Shown here: piece after piece, positions 29,563 through 39,272 of the stretch
Layout: each line of letters opens with the position of its first letter
Position numbering within the stretch: position 1 is the stretch's first letter
Program-made: the position numbers and the translations under genes
The notes under the pieces: generated by a model
What the model was told of the DNA's origin: nothing
The model's database searches: none
What the model saw: only the letters and a program-made list of their open reading frames with translations
Assembly: GCA_016192845.1 (NCBI GenBank)
Contig: JACPTI010000015.1
Span: forward strand, 17,022-81,021
Direction: 5' to 3'
Source of the DNA: Acidobacteriota bacterium
Lineage (GTDB): Bacteria; Acidobacteriota; Vicinamibacteria; Vicinamibacterales; UBA2999
DNA: 64,000 nt

Positions 29563-30825
29563 CTATCTCGCCGCAGTGCTCCGGCCGGTCCGGACCTCGA
29601 CGAGCGCGACACGGTTGATGCCGCTGTTGGCGAGCACCAGACTCCCTTCGCGGGTCGCCATCATATTCCTGACGACGTGGCCGCCCGAGGGGATCGTCCA
29701 CGTCTGGAACCGCTCGGTCCTGGTATCGAAGCGCACCAACGTGTTCGGCTTCACGCCCGACTCGCTGTACCAGATCACGTCGCCGACCGCCGCGATGCCG
29801 TACGGGCGCGAGTCCTTCCCGCCCGGCGACGGCCACTCCTTGACCTGTCCGTTCCTCGGATCGAAGCGGCCGAGATAGCCGCGGGCGTAGTCGGCATACC
29901 AGACCACGTCGTCCGGGGTGAGCGCGATGCGCCGCGGGCGCGCATCCGGACTCGGCAGCGTATATTCCTTGATTTCCATCGTCACCGGGTCGACGCTTCC
30001 GACGCGGTTGCCGCGGAAGTCGACGTACCAGGGAATGCCCTTCGAGTTGATCTGGATGCCGTAGGGATAGGTGCCGTCGGTCGGGGTCTTGGCGATGCGG
30101 AACTCACCGGTGCGCGTGTTCAGGCGGCCGACGTGACCCGACTGCGTCGTGAAGAACAGCATCCCCGTCGCGTCGTTGATGATCGGCGTGTGCGGATTGC
30201 GCGCCGGTTCCGGGACCTTGTATTCGGTCACCGCGCCGGTCTTCGGATCCACCTTGCCGATCTCGTGCACGTTGATTCCGGTGTACCAGACGTTCCCGTC
30301 GGCATCCTCGTCCAGACCGTGCGGGCCGGAGTTCGGCGTATCGAGCGGGAACTCCTTCATCGCGCCGGTGCGCGGGTCGAGGCGTCCGAGCCGGCTGGCG
30401 TACTGGCCCGTCCACCAGATCGAGCCGTCGCGCGCCGCGAGCGGGTCGTGCGGCCGCTGGCCGAGCGTCGGCGCCAGCCACTCCTTGATGTTGACGCTGA
30501 CCGGCCCCGGGACGATCACGGCCTTCGAGATGTTCGGCTTCTCGGGGAAATGCTTCGCCAGGTAATCGGCGATGGCGTCCGACTCGGTCTTCGGCGGCAC
30601 CACCATGGAGCTGAACAGGGTGACCCATTCGTCGCGCGAAAAGCCGAACGAGTTGGTGATGAAGTTCAACCCGTGGCACTTGGTGCACGTCGCCTGGACC
30701 ATGTCCTTGCCGGGCCCGTCCGGCAATTGCACCTGCTGGCCGCCCCGCTGCCCCTGCGTGGTAGCAGGGAAAATCAGCGCGACAAACGCCACGGCCACCA
30801 ATGCTAGGAATGCTCGCTGTCGCAT
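29563..30825 (-). CDS. c-type cytochrome domain fused to a Vgb/SMP-30-like six-to-seven-bladed beta-propeller
   Basis: In-frame ATG at 30825 with GAGGTGA Shine-Dalgarno. Signal peptide and heme motif CTKCH. Repeated blades of the type DG.vWyT......iGrlDP.TG...E. Confidence 0.8.
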   Translation of the reverse strand: MRQRAFLALVAVAFVALIFPATTQGQRGGQQVQLPDGPGKDMVQATCTKCHGLNFITNSFGFSRDEWVTLFSSMVVPPKTESDAIADYLAKHFPEKPNISKAVIVPGPVSVNIKEWLAPTLGQRPHDPLAARDGSIWWTGQYASRLGRLDPRTGAMKEFPLDTPNSGPHGLDEDADGNVWYTGINVHEIGKVDPKTGAVTEYKVPEPARNPHTPIINDATGMLFFTTQSGHVGRLNTRTGEFRIAKTPTDGTYPYGIQINSKGIPWYVDFRGNRVGSVDPVTMEIKEYTLPSPDARPRRIALTPDDVVWYADYARGYLGRFDPRNGQVKEWPSPGGKDSRPYGIAAVGDVIWYSESGVKPNTLVRFDTRTERFQTWTIPSGGHVVRNMMATREGSLVLANSGINRVALVEVRTGRSTAAR

Positions 30826-30894
30826 GATTCTCACCTCGAAAGGAAGAAACGGACGCTTTCGCGTGCTGCAGCCGCGTACTCTATCACAGGGAGA

Positions 30895-30970
30895 TGGTGG
30901 ACCTGACCGGGATCGAACCGGTGACCTCCTGAATGCCATTCAGGCGCGCTCCCAACTGCGCTACAGGCCC
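30895..30970 (-). tRNA. tRNA-Ala (anticodon GGC), CCA encoded
   Basis: Manual cloverleaf: GGGCCTG-TA-GCGC-AGTTGGGA-GCGC-G-CCTGA-ATGGCAT-TCAGG-AGGTC-ACCGG-TTCGATC-CCGGT-CAGGTCC-ACCA. G3:U70 identity pair is present. 76 nt. Confidence 0.95.
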
Positions 30971-30978
30971 ATTTCTCT

Positions 30979-31030
30979 GGCGGGGTCCCCAACGCGCGGA
31001 CTTTGCGCGGACTTTGCGCGTTGCGGTGCT
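30979..31030 (+). repeat. REP-A element with internal duplication (GCGCGGACTTT x2), abutting tRNA-Ala
   Basis: GGCGGGGTCCCCAACGCGCGGACTTTGCGCGGACTTTGCGCGTTGCGGTGC. The right arm has one mismatch. Confidence 0.8.
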
Positions 31031-31122
31031 CCAGCGGACCGCCGAACACTCAATGCTAACACGGCGAGTGGGGCGGGTCGGGCCAGTCGCCCTACTGTGA
31101 CCCGGGCTGTCACCTCTCCCGG

Positions 31123-31359
31123 CTAAAGTGCCTTCGAGGTCGTCTCTTTACTAGGTGGACTGTGTCGACGATGAGCGAGCGTGAGCCACGCGGTCAGCTG
31201 GCGGGCGGCCTCGTCGGGAGTGGAGCCGTAGAACGGCATCATGGCGCTGGGGACACCGGGTGCGCGCAGCAGTTGCGCGCGCCAGCGGTCGCTCACCGGG
31301 CGTACCTCGATCAGGTACGCGCGCCCGCCGATGGTTTCTTCGAAGCGATGAACGTCCAC
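31123..31359 (-). CDS. Small hypothetical protein (about 78 aa)
   Basis: C-terminal part of ORF 31123-31719 from the GTG at 31359: VDVHRFEETIGGRAYLIEVRPVSDRWRAQLL...TPDEAARQLTAWL. Composition is coding-like, but I see no RBS. Confidence 0.35.
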   Translation of the reverse strand: MDVHRFEETIGGRAYLIEVRPVSDRWRAQLLRAPGVPSAMMPFYGSTPDEAARQLTAWLTLAHRRHSPPSKETTSKAL

Positions 31360-31651
31360 GTCTGCAATGCTGGGAGTGAGAGGCCTGCACCGCCGCGACG
31401 CGATCGCGCGGCGGCGGCAGCGGTGTCCGATCTTACGAATCGCGCGGCGCGAATCAAGCGAAGCGTGACGCGAAGGCGGCGTCCACACGTCCGTATCCGT
31501 CCTGTGTCGAACCGTTGCGGCGAAAAAAAATTTGCGCGCGCAGGTTCTCAACAGGATTTGCACCGGCCGTCCACAGTTTTTCCACATGCGCGGCGCGAAA
31601 AGGTGTTTCGCTGCGGCGGTGCGAGGGTACAATGAGTCGCACCCGACGTCT

Positions 31652-33025
31652 GTGATCGCCAGACTGAGTCTGCTCGCCGTGTTCTGCCTCGCTGCGCCGG
31701 CTGTCGCCGCGGGTGCCACGGACGCGATGCTCTTCCGGCTCTATCTGGCGGACGGCACGAGCATCGTCAGCTTCGGCGAGTTCGCCCGCGCCGAGGATCG
31801 CGTCGTCTTCTCGATGGTGCTCGGCGGCGGCGACGAGCCGCGCCTCCACGCCGCGACCCTGCCGGCGCGCCTCATCGATTGGACGCGCACCGATGCCCAC
31901 GCCGGTTCCACACGCTACCAGTGGTACGCCCGGACCCGCGGCGAGGAGGACTTCCGGCGGCTGAGCGACGAGGTGGCGTCGGTGCTCAACACGATCCTGC
32001 AGACGAAGGATCGCGCACAGGCGCTCGCCATCGCCGAGCAGGCGCGCGCCACGCTGGCGCACTGGCCGCGGCAGCACTACGGCTACCGGCAGCGCGACGT
32101 TCGCGAGATTCTGGCCGTTCTCGACGAGGCCATTGCGAGCCTGCGCGCGGCGGCGGGTGTCAGCTCGTTCGAGCTGGCCCTGGTGGCGCCCGCGCCGGAC
32201 GTGGCGCTGGAGCCGCTTGCCGCGATGCCGTCCGCGCGGGAGCAGATCGACCAGGCGCTCCGCGTCGCCGAGCGGACGGATCGCCCCGTCGAACGCGTGG
32301 CGCTGCTCCAGGCGGCGCTCGTGGCGCTCGGCGAGGCGTCGCGGGTCATCCCCGTCCGCGAGGCGAGCGTCCTGCGCCGCGGCATCGAGACCCGGCTCCG
32401 CGAAGAGCAGACGATCGACGCGCGGTACGCCGAGTTGGCACGGCGTGTGATGGCCCAGGCGACCCGCCACGCGGCGCGCGCGCGGATCGCCGACGTCCAG
32501 CGGGTGCTCGATCGGATCCCGCGCGAGGACGCCCGCCTGGGCCGCAGGCGCCCGGACGTCGTGTACGCGCTGCGGTCTTCGGTGCAGGCGCAGCTGGACG
32601 CGGCGCGCCATCTGCGCCTGCTGCGCGACCGCTGGATGATCCGGCGCTCGCTCTACAACGACTACCAGCGCGCCGTCGGCACGCAGCTCCTCCAGCTCGT
32701 GAAAGCGCAGCCGGCGCTCGAGGCGATTCGCCGGCTGGACGGACCGCCGCCGGGGCTGCTGGTGTCGCTGCAGGCCCGGCTGCAGGGGGGCGCCGACCGG
32801 CTCGATCGCGTGCGACCCCCGGTCGACCTGCGCGGCGTGCACGATCTGCTCCTCGGCGCGTGGCGCTTCGCGGAGAATGCCGTCTCCGGCCGCTATCAGG
32901 CGGCCCGGGCCGGCAACGTCGGCGCCGCCTGGGAAGCCTCGTCCGCCGCCGCTGGCGCGCTGCTGCTGCTGTCGCGGGCCCAGCAGGAGCTGCGCACGCT
33001 GCTCGAACCGCCTCGCCTGCCGTAA
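31652..33025 (+). CDS. Secreted Ala/Arg-rich helical hypothetical protein
   Basis: Lies within ORF 31532-33025. The GTG at 31652 gives the signal-like VIARLSLLAVFCLAAPAVAAGA. An earlier in-frame start at 31586 is an alternative. Confidence 0.65.
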   Translation: MIARLSLLAVFCLAAPAVAAGATDAMLFRLYLADGTSIVSFGEFARAEDRVVFSMVLGGGDEPRLHAATLPARLIDWTRTDAHAGSTRYQWYARTRGEEDFRRLSDEVASVLNTILQTKDRAQALAIAEQARATLAHWPRQHYGYRQRDVREILAVLDEAIASLRAAAGVSSFELALVAPAPDVALEPLAAMPSAREQIDQALRVAERTDRPVERVALLQAALVALGEASRVIPVREASVLRRGIETRLREEQTIDARYAELARRVMAQATRHAARARIADVQRVLDRIPREDARLGRRRPDVVYALRSSVQAQLDAARHLRLLRDRWMIRRSLYNDYQRAVGTQLLQLVKAQPALEAIRRLDGPPPGLLVSLQARLQGGADRLDRVRPPVDLRGVHDLLLGAWRFAENAVSGRYQAARAGNVGAAWEASSAAAGALLLLSRAQQELRTLLEPPRLP

Positions 33026-33085
33026 TTCGTGATTGGCCATGAGCGATTGGTGATTTCGACATCACAAATCACGAATCACGAATCC
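33024..33085. repeat. REP-C: imperfect long hairpin of ATTCGTGATT / AATCACGAAT units
   Basis: ATTCGTGATTGGC at 33025-33037 is identical to 59509-59521. Inverted copies lie at 33062-33080. Confidence 0.75.
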
Positions 33086-35998
33086 CGACTCCCCGTTACC
33101 GCGCGCACGACCCGGCTCGTGCGAGTGCCGGACCTCCAGGCGTTTCGCCGGGCCGTCGCCGAGCTGGCCTGCGGCGGGACCCCCGTCGACGTCCGTGATC
33201 GTCTGGTGGTGGTGCCGACCCGCGCCGCCGCAGCCTATCTGACCATGTCCATCGAGCGGCGCCTCGGGGGCGATGCCGCCGTCGTGCTACCCGACTTCGT
33301 CACCCGCGGCGATTTGTGCGAACGATTCGGCGAGCGGCTGCCTCGCCACCCGCCGCTGCTCCGAGGGGTGGAGCGGGAAGCGCTGATGGGCCTCGCCTGC
33401 CGCACGGCCACGGGCAGCGGCATCGAGCCGCCGTTTCGGCTGCGCCCAGGCCTGATCGCCGAGATCGTGCGCTTCTACGACACGCTTCAGCTCAACCTGA
33501 AGCAGGTCGACACATTCGAGCGTCTTGCGCTCGGAGTGCTGGAGCCCGGTGCCGCCGACGACCGCGGCGCGGAGCGGCTGGCGCAGCAGACGCGCTTTCT
33601 GGCCGCCGCGTTCCGGGAGTTCGAACGCCTCACGCAGGAATCGCCGGGAATCGACGAGCACCGGCTGCGCCGGCAGCTGATGGCCGAGCCGGCGCCGCGG
33701 CCGTGGCGCCACGTCGTGGTGGCGGTCGGCGACCGCGCATGGGACCTGTACGGCCTGTATCCGGCTGACTGGGACCTGCTGGCCCGTATTCCCGGTCTCG
33801 AGCGGCTCGACATCGTGGCCACCGACGCGACCGTGGCCGGAGCCGTGCATGAGCGCATCCATCAGCTGCTGCCAGGCGTCGAGGAAATCCGTCATGGTCC
33901 GGCGGAGGCGTCCGCGAGACCGCTGTTGCTCGCGCCGCCCGGCGGCGGTCCCGCGCACGTGGCGCGCGATCGCGAGGAAGAGGTCGCGCTCTTTGCGCGA
34001 CTCGTGCGGCGCGATCGGACGGCGCTCGATCGGACGGCGCTGGTCGTGTGCCGCCCGCTGCCGTACGTGTACGTCGCGCGGGAGGTGCTGCGGTCCGCCG
34101 GCATCCCGTCGCAGATGTTCGACGCGCTGCCGCTCGCGGCGGAGCCGTTCGCGGCGGTGCTCGACCTCGTGATCGCTGCCGTGGCGGGCAACTTCGCGCG
34201 CGGGCCGGCGCTGGCGCTGCTGCGCTCACCGCATCTCGAATGCGGCGAGCGGCCGCCGGCGCCGCGCGATCTGGCCGCGCTCGATCGTGCGCTCAGCGAG
34301 GCCGGGTACCTCGGTGGAATCGAGGCGCTGGACCGGCTCATCGCCGCGTGGGATGAGGGGTCCGGGCCGCCGGCCGGGGCAGGTCGTGCCGTGCGCGTGC
34401 TTCGCGGCCTGGCGGGCGAGCTGCAGCCGCTTTGCCGTGCGGCGCCGGCCGCGGAGCATCTCGACCTGCTCCTGACGTTTCTGACGCACCACGAACGGCT
34501 GCCCGGCAACGACGATCCGCTGCGGGCGCGGCTGCTGCGGGGCCGCGCGGCGGTCCTGGATATCCTCACGACGCTTCGCGACGCGCACGCGCGGTTCGAT
34601 TCGACGCCGGTCGACTTCGAAACGGTCGCGGCGGCCGTGAGGCGCTGGATCGACGCGCATACCTTCACGCCATACGCCGGTGACACGGGCGTCCACGTGG
34701 TCGATCCCGAAAGCGCCAGGTTCGGCGAGTTCGACGCCGTGCAGCTCGCCGGGCTGGTCGAGGGCGAGTGGCCGGAGTCGCCGCAGCGCAACATCTTTTA
34801 CCCGCACGTGCTGCTGCGTGAGCTGGGATGGCGGTCGGAAGCCGAGCGGCTCGACGGTGTCCGGGCCGCCTTCCGCGACCTGCTCCGCCTCCCCTCCTGT
34901 CTGCTCGTGGTGTCGACCTTTACGCTCGAGGACGACGCGCTCGTGGCTGCGTCGCCGCTGCTGGAGGACGTCGCCGCGGCCGGTCTGGAAACGGTGGAAC
35001 GAGCCGCGCCGGGGGCTCGCATCTTCGAGTACGAGGCGCTCGCGTTCGAGCCCGGAGAAGCGCGGCATCTGGGCGCCGCCGCCCGTGCGGCGGCGGCCCG
35101 CCGGCGTGACGCGGCGGCGCGCCCGCGCGGGCGGAGCGGCACCACGACCGGCCACGTCCAGCCGGCGTACTCGCTCAGCGCGCTCGAGCGCTACCAGGAC
35201 TGTCCGTTCCGGTTTTTCGCCGCCGACGTGCTGCGGCTCGAGGAACCGCCGGAAGACGAGGCGGCGCGGTCGCCGCGCGCGCGGGGGCGGTTCGTGCACG
35301 AGGTGTTCCAGCGCTTCTTCGAGGCGTGGGACGCCCGCGGCGGCGGCACGATCACCGTAGATTGTCTCGACGAGGCGCGCGCGCTGTTCGAGCACGTGGC
35401 CTCCCCGATGCTGGCGCGCCTGCCGGAGGGCGACGCGGCGCTCGAGCGCGCGCGGCTCTTCGGGTCCGCTGTCTCCACCGGCATCGTGGATGTCGCGCTC
35501 GAGCTCGAAGCCTCGCAGCCGACGGAGGTGCGCGAGCGCTGGATCGAGTACCGGCTGGAAGGAGCGTTCTCGCTCGGCGCGCCCGGCGGGCGGCCCGTGT
35601 CCCTCAAAGGCGTGGCGGACCGGATCGACCTGCTGGCGGGCAACCGGCTGCGGGTGATCGACTACAAGTCCGGGTACCCGCCGGACCCGAAGCGCGCGCT
35701 GCAGGTGCCCGTCTATGCGCTGTGCGCGCAGGAGCGGCTGACGGGGCGCGACGGCGCGCCGTGGGCCGTCGACGAGGCCGCCTACGTCGCGTTTTCGGGA
35801 AAGCGCGCGCTCGTGCCGGTCGTCCGGCAGGGCGCGGAGGCCGACCGGGTGCTGGCGCGCGCGCGCACGCGGCTGCTCGAGGTCGTCGACGGCATCGAGC
35901 GCGGAGACTTTCCGCCGCGGCCGCACGAGCCGCGGATCTGCCGGAGCTGCGCGTTCCCCTCCGTCTGCCGCAAGGACTACGTCGGTGACGGCGAGTAA
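33029..35998 (+). CDS. addB: AddB-type helicase-nuclease subunit (PD-(D/E)XK nuclease with C-terminal Fe-S cysteines)
   Basis: 989-aa ORF. C-terminal region has CPFRFF...RVIDYKSG...CRSCAFPSVC. The true start is uncertain: the first 90 nt are REP-C sequence, and a GTG at 33119 is plausible. Confidence 0.8.
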   Translation: MIGHERLVISTSQITNHESRLPVTARTTRLVRVPDLQAFRRAVAELACGGTPVDVRDRLVVVPTRAAAAYLTMSIERRLGGDAAVVLPDFVTRGDLCERFGERLPRHPPLLRGVEREALMGLACRTATGSGIEPPFRLRPGLIAEIVRFYDTLQLNLKQVDTFERLALGVLEPGAADDRGAERLAQQTRFLAAAFREFERLTQESPGIDEHRLRRQLMAEPAPRPWRHVVVAVGDRAWDLYGLYPADWDLLARIPGLERLDIVATDATVAGAVHERIHQLLPGVEEIRHGPAEASARPLLLAPPGGGPAHVARDREEEVALFARLVRRDRTALDRTALVVCRPLPYVYVAREVLRSAGIPSQMFDALPLAAEPFAAVLDLVIAAVAGNFARGPALALLRSPHLECGERPPAPRDLAALDRALSEAGYLGGIEALDRLIAAWDEGSGPPAGAGRAVRVLRGLAGELQPLCRAAPAAEHLDLLLTFLTHHERLPGNDDPLRARLLRGRAAVLDILTTLRDAHARFDSTPVDFETVAAAVRRWIDAHTFTPYAGDTGVHVVDPESARFGEFDAVQLAGLVEGEWPESPQRNIFYPHVLLRELGWRSEAERLDGVRAAFRDLLRLPSCLLVVSTFTLEDDALVAASPLLEDVAAAGLETVERAAPGARIFEYEALAFEPGEARHLGAAARAAAARRRDAAARPRGRSGTTTGHVQPAYSLSALERYQDCPFRFFAADVLRLEEPPEDEAARSPRARGRFVHEVFQRFFEAWDARGGGTITVDCLDEARALFEHVASPMLARLPEGDAALERARLFGSAVSTGIVDVALELEASQPTEVRERWIEYRLEGAFSLGAPGGRPVSLKGVADRIDLLAGNRLRVIDYKSGYPPDPKRALQVPVYALCAQERLTGRDGAPWAVDEAAYVAFSGKRALVPVVRQGAEADRVLARARTRLLEVVDGIERGDFPPRPHEPRICRSCAFPSVCRKDYVGDGE

Positions 35999-38900
35999 CG
36001 CGACGCTCCCGTTCGGCGACGGCTCGGGGACGATGGACGCCCGGATCGTCGCGCGCGACCACGCCGCGCGGGCACGGGCCGTCGATCCGCGCTACAACGT
36101 GGCGCTCGAGGCGTCGGCCGGCACCGGCAAGACGCGCGTGCTGGTCGACCGCTATCTCAATTTGCTTCGCGCCGGGGTCGATCCGGCCAACATTCTCGCG
36201 ATCACCTTCACGCGGAAGGCAGCGGCCGAGATGCGCGACCGGATCATGGCAACGCTCCGGGCGGCCGCCGCACGCGGCGAAATCCCGCCGGCCCGCTGGC
36301 GCGAGCTGCGCGATCGGACGGCGGACATCGTCATCAGCACGATCGATGCCTTCTGCCTGTCGCTCCTCCGCGAGTTTCCACTCGAGGCCGACGTCGATCC
36401 CGGCTTTGCGGTCGCGGACGACACTGAACTGCCGCGGCTCATCGACGAGGCGCTCGATCGCGCGCTGCGGATCTGCCGCGCGGCTGCGCACCAGACCGGT
36501 GCCGGCGGCGAGGACGTCGCGCTCGTCTTCGCGCACGTCGGCGAGCGGCGCGCTCGCGCCGGACTGGCAACGCTGCTCCAGCGGCGCACATCGGCCCACC
36601 GCGCGCTCGAGGCGTGGCTCGACGGCGGCCCGGCGGGTCTCGATGCCGCGTCCGCGAGCCGCCGCGCAGCCGCCGCGCTGATTGGTGTCTTCGAGTCGAT
36701 GCGCGGCGGCTTCGAGCGCTTCCGGCTCACCGGACCGCTCGAGCCGACGTTCCTGCTGCTCATGCGCAGCGTCGGGGCGGTGCGGGAGGCGCTGCAGCGC
36801 GGGGCGGACGTCCATCCCGCCGCCGTACACACTGCGCTCGCACGGACGCGCGAGTACTTCCTGACGCGAGACGGCCGGCCGCGTAGCCGGTCGCGCTGCC
36901 CGCGCGCCGCGTTTGCGTCCGAGGTCGACTGGCGCGTGCACACCGATCTCGTCGCCGCACACGCTGCGGACGTCTCCGGCGTGCTTGCCGCGTACCGCCG
37001 CGACGTGAACGTGCTGCTCTCGCGTGGGATCCGGCGCATGTTCGCGTCCGCCGAGGCCGAGTACCGCCGCACGCTCGATGCGCACGCGGTGCTCGATTTC
37101 TCCGACCTGCTGCTGCGCGCGCTCGACCTGCTGCGGCGCATGGAGGAGTTCTCGCGCAGCCGCTACCGGCTCGAATCGCGCTACCACCACGTGCTGGTGG
37201 ACGAGTTCCAGGACACCAGCCGCGCCCAGTGGGAGCTCGTGGCGCTCCTGGTGAAGTCGTGGGGCGAGGGCGCCGGCCTCGCCGCCGCCGGCCCGCTGCA
37301 GCCGTCGATCTTCATCGTCGGCGACCGGAAGCAGTCGATTTACGGCTTTCGCGACGCCGACGTCTCGGTGCTGCGCGAGGCGGCGCGGCATCTCGAGCTG
37401 CTCCGCCCTGACGGCGGCGTCCGGCGCTCGATTTCACGCAGCTTCCGGGCGGTGCCGGCGCTCCTCGCGTTCGTCAACGACGTCTGCCACGACATGGACA
37501 AGGTGCCGGGCGACGAGGCGTTCGAGTACGAGGAGGCGGACCGTTTTCCGATTGAGCCTGCGCTATCGGACGGCGGCACTCGAGGCGACACGCTCGGCCT
37601 CGTGGTCGCGCCGACTGCCGAAGAGTGCGCCGAGATCACCGCCGCGGAAATCGCCCGGCTGATCGCGCGCGGCACGCCGGTGCGCGATCGCGACACCGGC
37701 GCCTCCCGGCCGGTGCGTGCGGACGACATCGCCATCCTCTTTCGATCCCGCGAGAGCCACCGCGAGTACGACGAAGCGCTCGTCCGCCGCGGCGTTCGGG
37801 CCTACGTCTACAAGGGGCTGGGCTTCTTCGACGCGGACGAGATCAAGGACGTGCTCGCGCTCGTTCGCTACCTCGCCGACCCTGACTCGAACCTGCAGGC
37901 GGCCGCGCTGCTGCGGTCGCGCTTCTTTGGCGTTTCGGACGAAGGGCTCAGGCGGCTGGCGCCGTGCCTCGCCGAGGTGCTCGGCGCGCCGGCTCCAGAG
38001 GCGGTCGCCTCCCTCGCCGAAGACGACGCGCGCGCGCTCGTCGAGGCGCGCGCGGCGGTAAGCCGGTGGCGCACCCTCGTCGATCGCGTGCCGCCGGCGG
38101 AACTGGTGGACCTCGCGCTCGCCGAGTCGGCGTACGCGTTCGAGCTTCGCGGTCCTCGCTTTCCGCAGGCATGGGAAAACCTGAAGAAGGTCCGCGCGCT
38201 GCTGCGCCGCCTCCAGAATCGCGGCTACGCGACGATGGCGCGCACAGCCGCGCACCTCGACCGGCTCACGGTCGGCGACGAAGGCAACGCGGTGGTCGAC
38301 GCCGCCGACGCGGTGCATCTGATGACCGTTCACGCCGCCAAGGGGCTCGAGTTTCCCGTCGTGTTCCTCGTCAACCTCGGTCGGGGAACGGCCAACCGGC
38401 GGGACGTCGTCGGGGACGTGGAGGATGACGCCGGCGAGGCGCGCGCGGCGCGCGAGCGGGAGGAGACGAAGCGCCTCGTCTACGTGGCCCTGACGCGCGC
38501 GCGCGATCGGCTGTACCTCGCGGCGGTGCTCAAGGACGGGCGCCTCGTGCCGGGACGCGGCAGCCTTGCCGGGGTGCTGCCCTCGTCGCTGCTGCCGACG
38601 TTCACGGCCGTCGGGCGCACGCGCACGGAGTGGCGCGCCTCGTCTGGAACCGTCCATCCGTTCCAGGTGTGCTCGGCGGGACCAAGCGAGGACAGCCGCC
38701 CTGTCGCGGGGCCCGCCGCGTCCGTGGCGGGGCGTTGTTCAGCGGACGCCGATTTCGAGCCGCTGGCGGATGCTACGCTGCCGGCCCATCGCACCGCGGC
38801 GGCGACGGTCGAGGCGCCCGCCGCTGACGCAGACCGCCTCATCGGACGGCTGGTCCATCGAATGCTTCAGCGATTTGGCTTCGACGCGGGCGAGCAGGCC

Positions 38901-39272
38901 ACAGTCGAGGCGGTACTTCGCATGATTCGGCCGGACGAGACGGCGGCAGTGCCGCCGCACCGTGGTGCCGCGGATCTGGCCCGGCGCGCGGCCGACGCGT
39001 ATCGTGCGATCTGCGGCCGGCCGGACCTTCGCGCGATATACGAGGCAGGAGAGCGCCTTCACGAGGTGCCGTTCACGATGCGCGTGGACGGCGCGTTCGT
39101 CCGCGGCACCATCGACTGTCTCGTCCGCTCCGAGGCGGACCGCATGACCGTGCTCGAGTTCAAGACGGGGCGGCCGCGCGACGAGCATCGCCTCCAGCTC
39201 GACATCTATCGACGCGCCGCGGAACGGCTGTTTCCGGGCTGCGCGGTCGACGCGCGGCTCGTCTACGCATGA
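35985..39272 (+). CDS. addA: AddA-type UvrD-family helicase / PD-(D/E)XK nuclease
   Basis: 1095 aa. Walker A ASAGTGKT, UvrD-type helicase motifs, and the C-terminal nuclease motif GTIDCLV...LEFKTG. ATG 36033 is an alternative start. Confidence 0.9.
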   Translation: MTASNATLPFGDGSGTMDARIVARDHAARARAVDPRYNVALEASAGTGKTRVLVDRYLNLLRAGVDPANILAITFTRKAAAEMRDRIMATLRAAAARGEIPPARWRELRDRTADIVISTIDAFCLSLLREFPLEADVDPGFAVADDTELPRLIDEALDRALRICRAAAHQTGAGGEDVALVFAHVGERRARAGLATLLQRRTSAHRALEAWLDGGPAGLDAASASRRAAAALIGVFESMRGGFERFRLTGPLEPTFLLLMRSVGAVREALQRGADVHPAAVHTALARTREYFLTRDGRPRSRSRCPRAAFASEVDWRVHTDLVAAHAADVSGVLAAYRRDVNVLLSRGIRRMFASAEAEYRRTLDAHAVLDFSDLLLRALDLLRRMEEFSRSRYRLESRYHHVLVDEFQDTSRAQWELVALLVKSWGEGAGLAAAGPLQPSIFIVGDRKQSIYGFRDADVSVLREAARHLELLRPDGGVRRSISRSFRAVPALLAFVNDVCHDMDKVPGDEAFEYEEADRFPIEPALSDGGTRGDTLGLVVAPTAEECAEITAAEIARLIARGTPVRDRDTGASRPVRADDIAILFRSRESHREYDEALVRRGVRAYVYKGLGFFDADEIKDVLALVRYLADPDSNLQAAALLRSRFFGVSDEGLRRLAPCLAEVLGAPAPEAVASLAEDDARALVEARAAVSRWRTLVDRVPPAELVDLALAESAYAFELRGPRFPQAWENLKKVRALLRRLQNRGYATMARTAAHLDRLTVGDEGNAVVDAADAVHLMTVHAAKGLEFPVVFLVNLGRGTANRRDVVGDVEDDAGEARAAREREETKRLVYVALTRARDRLYLAAVLKDGRLVPGRGSLAGVLPSSLLPTFTAVGRTRTEWRASSGTVHPFQVCSAGPSEDSRPVAGPAASVAGRCSADADFEPLADATLPAHRTAAATVEAPAADADRLIGRLVHRMLQRFGFDAGEQATVEAVLRMIRPDETAAVPPHRGAADLARRAADAYRAICGRPDLRAIYEAGERLHEVPFTMRVDGAFVRGTIDCLVRSEADRMTVLEFKTGRPRDEHRLQLDIYRRAAERLFPGCAVDARLVYA

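Noticed and set aside
30971-31650. Genomic island or integration site next to tRNA-Ala
   Set aside because: I found no integrase, no duplicated tRNA 3' segment and no compositional break. Only a REP-A element and a doubtful small ORF lie there.
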